Origin: Planctomycetota bacterium
GTDB taxonomy: Bacteria > Planctomycetota > SZUA-567 > H5-PLA8
DNA: 64,000 nucleotides
Reading direction: 5' to 3'
Assembly (NCBI GenBank): GCA_038227875.1
Contig: JBBRPR010000003.1
Span: 96,001-160,000 of the forward strand
Program-made: the position numbers and the translations under genes
The notes under the pieces: generated by a model
Seen by the model: only the letters and a program-made list of their open reading frames with translations
What the model was told of the DNA's origin: nothing
Databases searched by the model: none
Shown: piece after piece, positions 18,368 through 28,400 of the stretch
Layout of the letters: each line of letters begins with the position of its first letter
How positions within the stretch are numbered: position 1 is the stretch's first letter

Positions 18368-19912
18368 ATGCGCTACGCCGCCGTACTGATTCTCGCCCTC
18401 ACTCTCGCGGGTTTCGCCCGCGCTGAAGACGAACCGACCGTCTGGCAGAACGCCACGGGAGATCTCGGTGGGTCCGAATGGAAAAAGGATGGCATCTGGA
18501 AAATCGTCGCCGTGCCGGGCAGCAAGGAGCTCGTCTGTTCGATGATCGGGCTGGGACTGTGGTCGAGCCTCGACGGCGGCACGACGTGGAAGCGCCTGGG
18601 CGTCGAAGGCAGCCGCCCGATCAACCAGGGCCAGGCCGTGCAATTCGTTTTCGATCCGAAGGACTCCAAACAATGGTGGACCAGCGGCATGTACAATTAC
18701 GCCGTCTGGAAAACCTCCGACGGCGGCGCACACTTCACCAAGCTCGGCGACTTCAATCATGCTGACGGCATCGGCGTCGACTTCACCGATCCCGAACGCA
18801 AGACGGTCGTGATCGGGCTCCACGAACAGGAGCGCAGCCTCCACAAATCCACCGACGGCGGGAAGACGTGGGTGAAGATCGGCGACAAGCTGCCCGAAAA
18901 TTCCGCCTTCAGCACCGACCCGATTGTGCTCGATGCAAAGACCTACATCACCAGCGGCGCGGGTTACAAAAAGAACGAACCGTGGGGCATCTACCGCACC
19001 GAAGACGGCGGCGCGTCGTGGGGAAAAGTCTCCGACGCCGGCGCGTCGGGCAATCCGCTGGTCACTTCCGACGGTTTGATTTTCTGGAGCTGCCTCTGGG
19101 ACGGATCGCTAATCAAGAGCGCCGACAAAGGCAAAACATTCACGTCCGTACAAGGGCCCGTGCGTGGGATGTTGATCGAACTGCCCGGCCACCGCATCGT
19201 CGGCGTCAAGGAAACGCAACTCTTCGTCTCCGTCGATGCCGGCGCGACGTGGGCGGCGTTTGGTGAGCCGCTGCCATTCAAGCCTTCGGGTCTCGCCTAC
19301 AGCGACGGTCTGCGCAGCCTCGTGGCGTATCAGGCCGGCGGCAAGGGTCCGAAGGTGATTGTGCGCTGGGAACTTCCGTCGGATATCGACTCCGCCTTCA
19401 AGGCCGTGGTGCCGGGAAAGCTGATGGTGTTCGACGGCGAAGGTTTCGCCGGCGGCAGCGGCTGGTCCGGCGGTGGTTTCGTCAAAATTCAGAAAGCGGA
19501 AAAGCACAGCGGCGCGCAGGCGCTGGAGTACCACGTCGAAGGCGTCGAGAAATGGGAAGGTGGCTTCAACTGGTTCAATTGGGCGCAGACGCAACTGACC
19601 GACACGACCGGCTTCAAGAATCTGTCGATCTGGGTGAAGTACGCCGGCGGCGCGACGAAGCCCACCGAATTGAATGTCGCGCTCAATTGCGGCCCGAACA
19701 AAATGTCCTCCGAATATGTCCCGCTCGCGACGTACTGTCCAGAGATCTTCGACGGCCAGTGGCACGACGTCCGCATCCCGCTCAAGGACCTCGCCAAGCA
19801 GAACTTCGACCCCCGCAGCGTCTACGAACTACGCGTCTCTGCCGCGACGACCAAAGAGAACAAGTTCAGCGTCTTCATCGACGACGTTCGCTTCGACAAC
19901 CGCGAGAAGTAG
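18368..19912 (+). CDS. Secreted BNR/Asp-box beta-propeller protein with C-terminal carbohydrate-binding-like domain
   Basis: Repeated SxDGGxTW Asp-boxes; the C-terminus (GQWHDVRIPL..FIDDVRF) resembles CBM11/CIA30-type domains. Confidence 0.8.
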   Translation: MRYAAVLILALTLAGFARAEDEPTVWQNATGDLGGSEWKKDGIWKIVAVPGSKELVCSMIGLGLWSSLDGGTTWKRLGVEGSRPINQGQAVQFVFDPKDSKQWWTSGMYNYAVWKTSDGGAHFTKLGDFNHADGIGVDFTDPERKTVVIGLHEQERSLHKSTDGGKTWVKIGDKLPENSAFSTDPIVLDAKTYITSGAGYKKNEPWGIYRTEDGGASWGKVSDAGASGNPLVTSDGLIFWSCLWDGSLIKSADKGKTFTSVQGPVRGMLIELPGHRIVGVKETQLFVSVDAGATWAAFGEPLPFKPSGLAYSDGLRSLVAYQAGGKGPKVIVRWELPSDIDSAFKAVVPGKLMVFDGEGFAGGSGWSGGGFVKIQKAEKHSGAQALEYHVEGVEKWEGGFNWFNWAQTQLTDTTGFKNLSIWVKYAGGATKPTELNVALNCGPNKMSSEYVPLATYCPEIFDGQWHDVRIPLKDLAKQNFDPRSVYELRVSAATTKENKFSVFIDDVRFDNREK

Positions 19913-20173
19913 CGAACTCGCGCCATCGCGAAGCAGAAGAAAATCGCCGCAATCAATTTCGTAACGCTGGCCGACCCATCGCCGGAGGTCGCCAGAAAAA
20001 TCATGGAACTGAGCCCCAGCCTGGAGTGGTTCAACTACCTCGGCGTCGCTGATTCCACCGGAGCCACCAAGCCCGGATTCGATGCGATGAAAAGGTGGAA
20101 AGCACTGAAGCGGGAGTAAATCCCGCTTCAACACCCGTCGCCGTTCTTTGCGTCTTTGCGAGAGATTAGAGAC

Positions 20174-20764
20174 TCAGTTCTTCCGGTTAAGCAGCCGCAG
20201 CGGCGAGGCGTCGAGTTTGCTCGTCAGGATCAATCCCTTGAGCAGCGTGCGGCCGTGCGTCGCGACTTTGCGCAAGTAGCCGACGCGGGCGCGGCGGAAA
20301 TCGAGATCGCTGTGCTCCTCTTTCGCGGCGCGTTCCTTGGCGTCGTGCGACTGTTCCTTCAAGGTCTCTTCGGCGCGCTGGAACGTTTCGCAGGCGCTAT
20401 CGACTTCGCGCAGTTCGCGGTCCGAGAGCACGCGCGTGACCATCTTCCAGATGTCCTCTTCGGCGCGGAAGTACTCCTTGCGGTCGGCCGGCTTGTGCGC
20501 GCGGGTGACGGTGCCCCAGAGCTGCAGTTCGTTGAGCGCCATCGAGACAGCGCCGGAACTCATGGTGAGCTTGTCGCCGATCTCCGCGGCGCTTAACGGC
20601 TGTGGTGCGAGATACAGGAGCGCCCACACGCGCCCGAGCGCGCGCTTGAAGCCCCAGAATTCGATCAAGCGGCCGACCGATTCGACGACTTCCGCTTCGG
20701 GATCGACGCCGAGCCGACCTGAACCATAGCCACTGCCGGGAGGGGGAGTTCCGTCTGCGTGCAT
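20174..20764 (-). CDS. GbsR/MarR family transcriptional regulator
   Basis: WGFKRALGRVWALLYLAPQPLSAAEI..SSGAVSMALNELQLWG..DRKEYFRAE. Confidence 0.88.
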   Translation of the reverse strand: MHADGTPPPGSGYGSGRLGVDPEAEVVESVGRLIEFWGFKRALGRVWALLYLAPQPLSAAEIGDKLTMSSGAVSMALNELQLWGTVTRAHKPADRKEYFRAEEDIWKMVTRVLSDRELREVDSACETFQRAEETLKEQSHDAKERAAKEEHSDLDFRRARVGYLRKVATHGRTLLKGLILTSKLDASPLRLLNRKN

Positions 20765-20795
20765 GGTTGTTTTCTCCAATCTGTGCATTCTAAAC

Positions 20796-20813
20796 TTTCA
20801 ATATCTATTGAAA
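20796..20813. promoter_or_regulatory. Palindromic operator upstream of the GbsR-family gene, probably autoregulatory
   Basis: TTTCAATA-TC-TATTGAAA. Confidence 0.55.
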
Positions 20814-20880
20814 CTATAGCATGTTCAGAGAGGACAAGCAAGGGAAAAGGTCGGCTCTTAGGACCAATAGCAATGAGCCA

Positions 20881-20911
20881 AAACAAAGCGGGCGAGCTTT
20901 CGCTCGCCCGC
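20881..20911 (-). terminator. Rho-independent terminator
   Basis: gcgggcgagc-tttc-gctcgcccgc hairpin, followed by a T-rich run on the minus strand. Confidence 0.75.
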
Positions 20912-20939
20912 CGGTTTGAAAAGTGTACTGCGGCGTTGC

Positions 20940-21872
20940 TCAGCCGTTGCCCTTGATTTCGCCATCGAATTCGCCCAGCGGCTTCTTGTCCTGCGGGTCG
21001 CCGGGGGAGTTCTTGTACATCCAGCGGTAGACCGGCGTCGAGCTGCCATGGTTCAGGAACGGCGGGATGATGCGCTGCTGTGAGGCCTGATCGTAGTGGC
21101 CGCGGGTCATCATCACGGCCGCGATGCTGGCGGTGAACGCGAAGAGGACCGTGTTGACAATCATGATCGCGGTCATGAACGGATGTGCGGGCTTGGGCTG
21201 GTAGACGGCCGCGGTGCGGCGCGACGTCGCCATGCTCACACCCTGATTGGCCGGGGCGCGGGCGACGCGGCTCTGTCCGCCGATCGCGGGAGCGCCCGTC
21301 AACGGCGGCGCCTGGCGGCGGCCGGAACCGACGGCGGTGGCCGAGCCGGTCGCGACGTTCGGGGCGTCTTCCATAACGGTCATCTGGCCGGTGATCACGC
21401 CTGACGTGACGCCGGAAGTCTGACCCGATTCGATCACGGTCTGGCCGCCGATGCCAGTCTGGTGTCCGGTCTGGACGCCCGTCTGGATCGTGACCTGCTG
21501 CGTGCCGGCGGCGTCCATATCCGTGGGCATCAGCTCAATGTCTTCCAGCACGATCTCGCCGGTCTGTTCGCCGGGCGGAGTGGCCGGGTGAACGGCGCTG
21601 GCGATGCGTGACGGCGGCTTGGCGGGACTGCCCAGCGCCGGGAGAATTCCGCTGCCGCCGGTCTTCTTGGCTCCGGCTGCGGGAATAATGATGGTCGGCT
21701 CGGTGCCCTTTTCAGATTTCAGGGAGCCAACGTCGTCGCGCCGGAACTTCATCGTGCCGGCGGAACGGAACGCGCGCAAGTCGCCGCGGGCGACAAGCGT
21801 CTGAAGCTCATTCTCGTTGATGCCGAGAATCTGCATTGCTTCTCGCGCGTCGAGCAAATCACCTTCAGCCAT
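20940..21872 (-). CDS. Excisionase-like HTH protein with low-complexity linker and C-terminal TM anchor
   Basis: N-terminal LLDAREAMQILGINENELQTLVARGDLRAFRSAGTMKFRRDDV; TM segment near aa 230-255. Confidence 0.8.
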   Translation of the reverse strand: MAEGDLLDAREAMQILGINENELQTLVARGDLRAFRSAGTMKFRRDDVGSLKSEKGTEPTIIIPAAGAKKTGGSGILPALGSPAKPPSRIASAVHPATPPGEQTGEIVLEDIELMPTDMDAAGTQQVTIQTGVQTGHQTGIGGQTVIESGQTSGVTSGVITGQMTVMEDAPNVATGSATAVGSGRRQAPPLTGAPAIGGQSRVARAPANQGVSMATSRRTAAVYQPKPAHPFMTAIMIVNTVLFAFTASIAAVMMTRGHYDQASQQRIIPPFLNHGSSTPVYRWMYKNSPGDPQDKKPLGEFDGEIKGNG

Positions 21873-21957
21873 CGGTATTCCCTCGTCTGAAAAACGCGGT
21901 CGTAGGTCCAAAGACTACTCACGCGTAAGTTTAGCTTTTCTCACTATTAACGCAAGA

Positions 21958-22347
21958 CTACTTATTCTTATCCTGCCAGTCGCGGAAGACTTCCGTGAAC
22001 GTGGCGCCCTGCTGGTACTTCTGTTCGACCTGCTGGCTGGCTGACGTATCGACCAGTTCGACGTCGTACTTAAAGGAGCGCGCGCCGATGAGACGGAACT
22101 TGCCGTTGGCGCCTTCCGCGCGGTAGATCATGATGTTCTGGCCGGAGGTCTTGTCATTGGGATCCGTGTTCAGCAGAATCAACTGTTCGTTCTGACTGGC
22201 GGCAATCGCCATGATGCCGTTGGTTTCCCAACCGCCGCCGGCCGCGAGCGCCGTCGAGCTGCCGGTATTGAGGTAGAAGCCAACGAGCAGGACCAGGATG
22301 ATGGCCAGCAGTCCGTTGATCAACCAGGCGTTTCGTTTTTCGTTCAT
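21958..22347 (-). CDS. Hypothetical exported protein, paralog of 22391-22840
   Basis: N-terminal TM; LILLNTD..IMIYR..FRLIGARSFKYD. Confidence 0.7.
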   Translation of the reverse strand: MNEKRNAWLINGLLAIILVLLVGFYLNTGSSTALAAGGGWETNGIMAIAASQNEQLILLNTDPNDKTSGQNIMIYRAEGANGKFRLIGARSFKYDVELVDTSASQQVEQKYQQGATFTEVFRDWQDKNK

Positions 22348-22390
22348 CTTCACTGACTCCATTATTATTGACGCGGGAGCGGCGAATGTG

Positions 22391-22840
22391 TCAGGGCTTT
22401 TTCTTACCCTGTTCAATCAGCTTCTGCATGTCTTCGGCGAACTTCTTGGCCTGATCGCGCGTGGCGCCGTCGCCGCCTTCCATGGCCTTGCCGTTCATCA
22501 GCGGCAGGCTCGCGTCCCAAATCTTTTCGTCTTCATCGAACTTGCGCGCGGCGACCAGGCGAATGGCCGCGGTCTGAATGCGGTAAACGCAGATCACCTT
22601 TTTGTTCGTATCGATGATGTAGAATTTGTCGGTGCCACCCGTCGTCGCGAGCGCCAGGTAATTGGGCGCGGAACAAATTCCGCCGCCGGCGTTGGCGGTG
22701 CTCATGCGAAACGGATTGGCGGAGAGGCGCTGTTGCGGCGGCGCGGTAATCAACAGCGCCGCGACTACGGCAATACCGGCCAGCAGCAGATAGCGGCTGA
22801 TGCGGCACGCACAATCACCCCACTCGGTCATTGATGCCAT
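22391..22840 (-). CDS. Hypothetical exported protein
   Basis: N-terminal TM; FYIIDTNKKVICVYR..IRLVAARKFDED. Confidence 0.7.
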   Translation of the reverse strand: MASMTEWGDCACRISRYLLLAGIAVVAALLITAPPQQRLSANPFRMSTANAGGGICSAPNYLALATTGGTDKFYIIDTNKKVICVYRIQTAAIRLVAARKFDEDEKIWDASLPLMNGKAMEGGDGATRDQAKKFAEDMQKLIEQGKKKP

Positions 22841-23000
22841 TTTTTCTTTTCCTCAGTGACGACGCTGCCAGATAAGCTGACCTGACACCTCGCCGATTAT
22901 TACGCGAAAAAGGACTTATACTTACTTCCGCAAATGCCCGCAAGCAGTTTTACATATTAGGATAATATTCGGTCGCATTGCTTTGGGTCGTTTGAGGCGC

Positions 23001-23963
23001 TCATCCGACGTGACCGACGCCCATCAACTTCATGATCCGCTCGAAGTCTTCGACGGAGTAAAACTCGATCGTGATGCGACCGGCCGTCGCGCCATCTTCG
23101 ACGCGGACGCGGGTGCCGAAATGTTCACGGAGGCGGCGTTCAACTTCCTGGTGATCGGAGTTGATGTAGTTGCGCGTCATCACGCGCGACGGGCGTGACA
23201 GCGCTCCGGGCTTGGCTTTGGGGCGGTCGGCGGCGATCAGGCGTTCGAGGTCGCGGACGGTCAGATTCTCGGCCTGCGCTTTGGCGGCGAGTTGGGATTG
23301 GATTTTGGAGTCGGGCACCGCCAGCAGCGCTTTGGCGTGACCGATGGAAAGCTTGTTGGACTTCAGCGCATCCTGGACGGCTTCGGGCAGGTCCAGCAGG
23401 CGGATGAAATTGGAGATGGTGACTCTCCCCTTGCCCACCCCGTCGGCGATCTGTTCCTGCGTCAGGTTGAACGTCTTGGCGAGGCGATCGTACGCGAGGG
23501 CTTCTTCGATGGGATTGAGGTCGTCACGCTGCAGATTTTCGACCAGCGAAAGCAACAGGATGTCGCGCTCGACAAACGTGTTTTTAACGACGACGGGAAT
23601 CGTCTTTAGTCCAGCCAACTGCGAGGCGCGCCAGCGACGCTCACCGGCGATGAGCTCGTAGCGATGACTAGTCGTGCCATGCTCTTCGGGCTTGAGTGGC
23701 CGGACGACTGCCGGCTGGATGATGCCTTGAACTTTGATCGAGGCGGCGAGTTCCTGGAGCGCTTCGGGATCGAACTCGGTGCGGGGCTGGTTGGGATTGG
23801 CGCGTACGGTGACGATGTCGACTTGAAGCAGCGCCAGCCCGTCCGGCGACGCGCTGGTTTCCGCGGTCGCGGGTGACGTTGGCGGGGACGCGGTTTCGGC
23901 GGGTTTGGAGGTATTGGCGAGCAGCGCCATGAGTCCGCGCTTGGGTTTTGCAGCGTTGTCCAT
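23001..23963 (-). CDS. parB: Chromosome partitioning protein ParB/Spo0J
   Basis: KRGLMALL N-terminal peptide, NPNQPRTEF, ELIAGERRWRA, ENLQRDDLNPIEEA, an HTH and a C-terminal dimerization region. Confidence 0.95.
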   Translation of the reverse strand: MDNAAKPKRGLMALLANTSKPAETASPPTSPATAETSASPDGLALLQVDIVTVRANPNQPRTEFDPEALQELAASIKVQGIIQPAVVRPLKPEEHGTTSHRYELIAGERRWRASQLAGLKTIPVVVKNTFVERDILLLSLVENLQRDDLNPIEEALAYDRLAKTFNLTQEQIADGVGKGRVTISNFIRLLDLPEAVQDALKSNKLSIGHAKALLAVPDSKIQSQLAAKAQAENLTVRDLERLIAADRPKAKPGALSRPSRVMTRNYINSDHQEVERRLREHFGTRVRVEDGATAGRITIEFYSVEDFERIMKLMGVGHVG

Positions 23964-24031
23964 AGTTTCGAGCTTCTCCGATGCGTTGTTGAGCGCGATT
24001 GTCTCCAGAACCGAGCGAAGTGCAAGGAAAA

Positions 24032-24047
24032 TGTTCCACGTGGAACA
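24032..24047. promoter_or_regulatory. parS site 1
   Basis: TGTTCCACGTGGAACA, a perfect parS palindrome. Confidence 0.92.
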
Positions 24048-24085
24048 TTAGGGTATATTTAGCCTGCAGCGTGTCGATTTGACCT

Positions 24086-24113
24086 AATGTTACAAAATGT
24101 TACATAATGTTAC
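24086..24113. repeat. Three AATGTTAC direct repeats at 10-bp period
   Basis: AATGTTAC starts at 24086, 24096 and 24106. Confidence 0.7.
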
Positions 24114-24168
24114 TATACTCGGGCGGGCAGCATGCCATTTTTGGCTAGGACCTCTGCTTCGATCAAAA

Positions 24169-24184
24169 TGTTCCACGTGGAACA
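24169..24184. promoter_or_regulatory. parS site 2
   Basis: TGTTCCACGTGGAACA. Confidence 0.92.
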
Positions 24185-24210
24185 TTAGGGTGTTCTTCGC
24201 AACGAGCGAA

Positions 24211-24226
24211 TGTTTCACGTGGAACA
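24211..24226. promoter_or_regulatory. parS site 3
   Basis: TGTTTCACGTGGAACA. Confidence 0.92.
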
Positions 24227-24348
24227 TTAGGGTGGAATCAAGAGCTAGGTGCCCTCCGCTTTCCTGTGGAAATTTTCGCTGCACATGTTATCACTATATC
24301 CATCACCGTTTCCCAGTTCCCACCGTCGGACCTCAGGGGAGCCGTCTT

Positions 24349-25275
24349 ATGATTCTTGCTCTGATCAACAACAAAGGTGGAGTCGGTAAGACCACCACGG
24401 CCGTGAACCTCGCCGCAGCGCTCGCCAAAGATGGGCAGCGCGTGTTGCTGATCGACTTGGATAGCCAGGGCGCCGCCAGCTTGTCCTGCGGCCTCCGACG
24501 CTCGGAGTTGAATCCATCGGCTGCGGAGATGCTCTTTCAGAACGCGCCGATCGCGTCCGTGATCCGCAAGACGTCCATGGAGAACCTCGACCTGATCCCC
24601 GGCTCCAACGATCTCGCCGACGCCGACCGCCTGCTGGCTACTGCGGACGATCGCGAGATTCGGCTCCGAGCGATTCTTGAATCGGTCCGCGGGAATTACG
24701 ACGCGATCATCATCGACTGTCCGCCGAGCCTCACCGTGTTGTCCAGCAACGCGCTGATCGCCGCCGACGCGTACCTCGTCCCCGTTCCGCCGCATTACCT
24801 GGCGCTGGGCGGGCTCGCCAGTCTGCTCGAAGGAGTCAACCGGCTCTGCGATGCCGGCAAGGGCGATGTCGCGGAGTTGCTGGGCTTCGTGCTGACGCTG
24901 GTCGACTACCGCAACAAGATGACGCCGACGATGATCGAAGCGCTCCGCAAGAACTGGAATCAGAACGTCTTCAAGACCGAGATCCGCGTCAACGTGAAGC
25001 TGACGGAAGCCCCACAGCACGGTAAGTCGATCTTCGAATACGCCAGCGATTCCACCGGCGCGAAGTCGTACCGCGCGCTGGCCAAGGAGGTGAAGCGGCG
25101 CTTCGAGTCGTTGTTCGCTGAGGCCGGCCAAGCCGGCGAGGGGTCAGGGGCCAGGGGCCAGGGGTCAGAGGAGTGCAACGGCCCCGCGAATGGCAATGGG
25201 AATGGGGTGGAGGAGGGGAGCCAAGCCTCAACCACTGCTCCGGCCGCGCAGAGCGAGACGCAGCCGACTGCGTAG
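24349..25275 (+). CDS. parA: ParA/Soj family ATPase
   Basis: NNKGGVGKTTT deviant Walker A, LIDLDSQG, IIDCPPSL and EIRVNVKLTEAP; low-complexity C-terminal tail. Confidence 0.9.
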   Translation: MILALINNKGGVGKTTTAVNLAAALAKDGQRVLLIDLDSQGAASLSCGLRRSELNPSAAEMLFQNAPIASVIRKTSMENLDLIPGSNDLADADRLLATADDREIRLRAILESVRGNYDAIIIDCPPSLTVLSSNALIAADAYLVPVPPHYLALGGLASLLEGVNRLCDAGKGDVAELLGFVLTLVDYRNKMTPTMIEALRKNWNQNVFKTEIRVNVKLTEAPQHGKSIFEYASDSTGAKSYRALAKEVKRRFESLFAEAGQAGEGSGARGQGSEECNGPANGNGNGVEEGSQASTTAPAAQSETQPTA

Positions 25276-25484
25276 TACCTATTTACTAGTATTTTTATAT
25301 TTAGCTATCCTTGCCTGCGGCTCGTATTTTTATTAAACCGTAATCGAACTCTACGAGCAGCCGATTGCGGACTTCAAGTCACTGATGCGAAACATTTTAC
25401 CTTAAAGTATTGCGACTCTGATTCCTCCCTCTAACATACAGGGTTCGAACGTGCACGTGCCGCCAATTGTTCCGGAAAGAAAAC

Positions 25485-28400
25485 ATGTATCGAATCACGC
25501 TCATGATAGTCGCGCTGACGCTTTGCGCCCTGCCGCGCGCACTCTTTGCGCTGGCGGCCTCGGACATGAGTCCCACGCCTGGCACGACGCTGACCACGCC
25601 GCCGACGAGCATTACCGTGACGCTCGACCAACCGCCCGCAACGGGCAGCGTGAATGCGTACTCGGTGCGTCTCGTTCGTGCCGGTGCCGATGGGGTGCTT
25701 GGCACTGCCGACGATCTCACGATCCTACCCGCGGGCATTTCGACGAGTGGCACGACCATCACGCTGGATTTGACAGGCGTGAAACTGCCGAACGATCAGT
25801 ATCAAGTGACGCTGGTGAGTGGACAAAGCACGACTTCCGGGCTGGTCGCCCATTGGAAGTTCGACGAAGGCAGCGGCACGACTGTGCTGGATTCGTCAGG
25901 TAACGGCAATTCGGGAGCGCTCAACAGCGGCGCGACATTTACCTCGACCAATTTGGTCCTGCCGGGAAGCGCGGTGAAATTCGATGGCGTCACCGGCGCG
26001 ATCAAGGTTCCACAAAGCGCGTCATTGGAGCCCGCATTGGCCGTGACAGTCAGCATGTGGGGCTACATCACGGACACGATGGGCGGTGGTGTGGGAGAAT
26101 TGTTACGCAAGCAGACCAAGGATTTTGGCGGATACATTCTCCGCTGGAACGTCGACGACGGACACATCGGCTGGTTTATCTGCGCCAACAACGGGTCCTA
26201 TTGGTATTCGCGGGACCCCCAGCCGAATTCGAATTACCTCAACGCGTGGCATCACTACGCCGCGACCTACGATACCGCCACACACCTCTTGGATTTGTAT
26301 ATCGATGGAACGCTGCGCAACTCCGTGTCTGGCGGGCCGGCCGGAGGACTCGACCACACCGACGATCTCTATCTGATGTTTAGAAACAACAACACGACCA
26401 ACGCCACGCCCGGCACGCTGGACGACGTCCGGGTTTTCAACCGCGCGTTGACCGCTGCCGAGATTCAGACTCTCGCCCGCGTTCCCATTACCGATTCCAG
26501 CGGCAACCCGCTGGACGGAAAATTCACCGGCACGTTTCCGTCGGGCGACGGCGCGTTGACGGACTTTGCCGCAACGTTTACGATTGCAGCGCCGCCCTTG
26601 CAAGTGACCGCACTGACGCCGGCTCTTAACGCGGTGCTGGCCGCGCCGCCCGCGTCGCTCGTCGCGACGCTCAGCAAGAACGTTGATCCGGCATCCGTCG
26701 ACGGTTCCTCGGTTCGTTTGATTCGTGCGGGGCCGGATGGGGTGCTGGGAACTGCCGACGATTTCTCCGTGCCGGTAACGTCGGTCAACGCAAGCGGCGG
26801 ACAGATCACGGTCGATTTAACCAGCACACACGTCCCCAACGACCTCTATCAATTCAAGCTATTGGCTCGGCGCGCGGGAGGGCTGACCTTTACGGATTCG
26901 CAATTGGTCGCCATTCCGGATCGGCCCATTTATCAAGTCACTGATTTCACCGTGGAAGCCTGGTTTCGCGCGGATGCCGTGCCTACCTCTGACGAGCAGA
27001 TATTTTTCCGCGCCGATGACCGGTCTGGCTTGGATCCGTTCAGCTTGAAACTGGTCTCAGGCGGCAATGTGGCATTTCGCATTGATACCCAGAGCAACAG
27101 CAATTTTACCGTGACGAGCCCGGCGGTAGTAGCGCAGGGCTCCTGGGTTCATGCCGCGGGAACCTTCGATTCCGCATCCAAGACGTTGAGTCTTTACGTA
27201 AACGGCACCTTGGTGGGCAGCGCCGTTGCCGATGATCTCCCGGTGACGACGTTGAGTGGCGCCAATCCGGGTCTGGCGATTGGAAATATCCAATCGCTGC
27301 TCATCCGCGGGCCTCAGGGTTTCCAGGGCGAAATCCGGGACGTACGCCTTTGGAATGTCGCGCGGAGCCAGACGGAAATCGCCGCGGCGATGTCGCAGAC
27401 TCTGACCGGAGCGGAAGCCGGACTGCTGGGTCTCTGGCCGGTGGATGAAGGCAGCGGTCAGGTCGTTCATGACCGGACCAGCAATGCCAATGCGGGGACC
27501 TTGGGAGCCGACGCCAGTGCTGGCAGCGATGATCCCGCATGGGATCCTTTAACCAGTGCCGCGGTTACCGATGCCGCCGGCAATCCGCTCGATGGAAAAT
27601 TCACCGGTACTTTCCCGTCCGGCGACGGGACCTTCGCGGATTTCACCTCGACGTTCACGGTCGCAGCGCCGTTGTTGCACGTCACCGCGCTGACCGTGGC
27701 GCCGAACGCGGTGCTGAATGCACCGCCATCGTCAATCGTCGCCACGTTCAATAAGAATGTCGATCCGGCTACAGCGAATGGAAACTCAGTTCTGCTGATC
27801 GGCGCCGGGCCGGACAAGACCTTCGGTACCGCGGACGATGTGACGATTTCGCCGTCATCTCTCGTAGCGTCAGGCAATCTGGTCACGATAAACCTGAATG
27901 GACAGACAGCGCCAGGCAAATACCGACTGAAGTTCAAGTCCACGCCGGTCAGTGTCACCGATCTGGATGGAAATCTCATCGACGGTGAATTCGTCGGCAC
28001 TTTCCCCTCCGGCAACGGCACTGCCGGCGGCGACTTTGTCTCCGATTTCCGCATCAACGGCCTGCCCGTGGCGTCGGCACAGGCACTATCGCTCCATTCG
28101 AGTACGTCGCTTCCGATTGTGCTTGTCGCCACCGACGGCGACAACGATCCCGTGAGCTATTCGATCGTCACGGCTCCCAGCCACGGAACGTTGACCGGCA
28201 CGCCGCCGAACGTGACCTATTCGACTTCAGGTTACGCGGGTCCGGACAGTTTCACGTTCAAAGCCAATGACGGCCTGGCCGATGGAAACGTCGCGACCAT
28301 CACCATCAACGTCACCAACAACACGCCAGTCGCTCAGGCGCAGACCGCGAGTGTCCATTCCAGGGTCGCACTACCACTCGCGCTTGCCGCGACCGACGCC

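Noticed and set aside
24030..24233. Three 25-bp palindromic direct repeats as a mini CRISPR array
   Set aside because: The spacers are very unequal (112 and 17 bp), no cas genes are present, and the repeat core is the canonical parS next to parB.
23964..24348. oriC in the parB-parA intergenic region
   Set aside because: I saw no DnaA-box cluster (TTATCCACA) and no dnaA/dnaN in the window; parS only suggests origin proximity.
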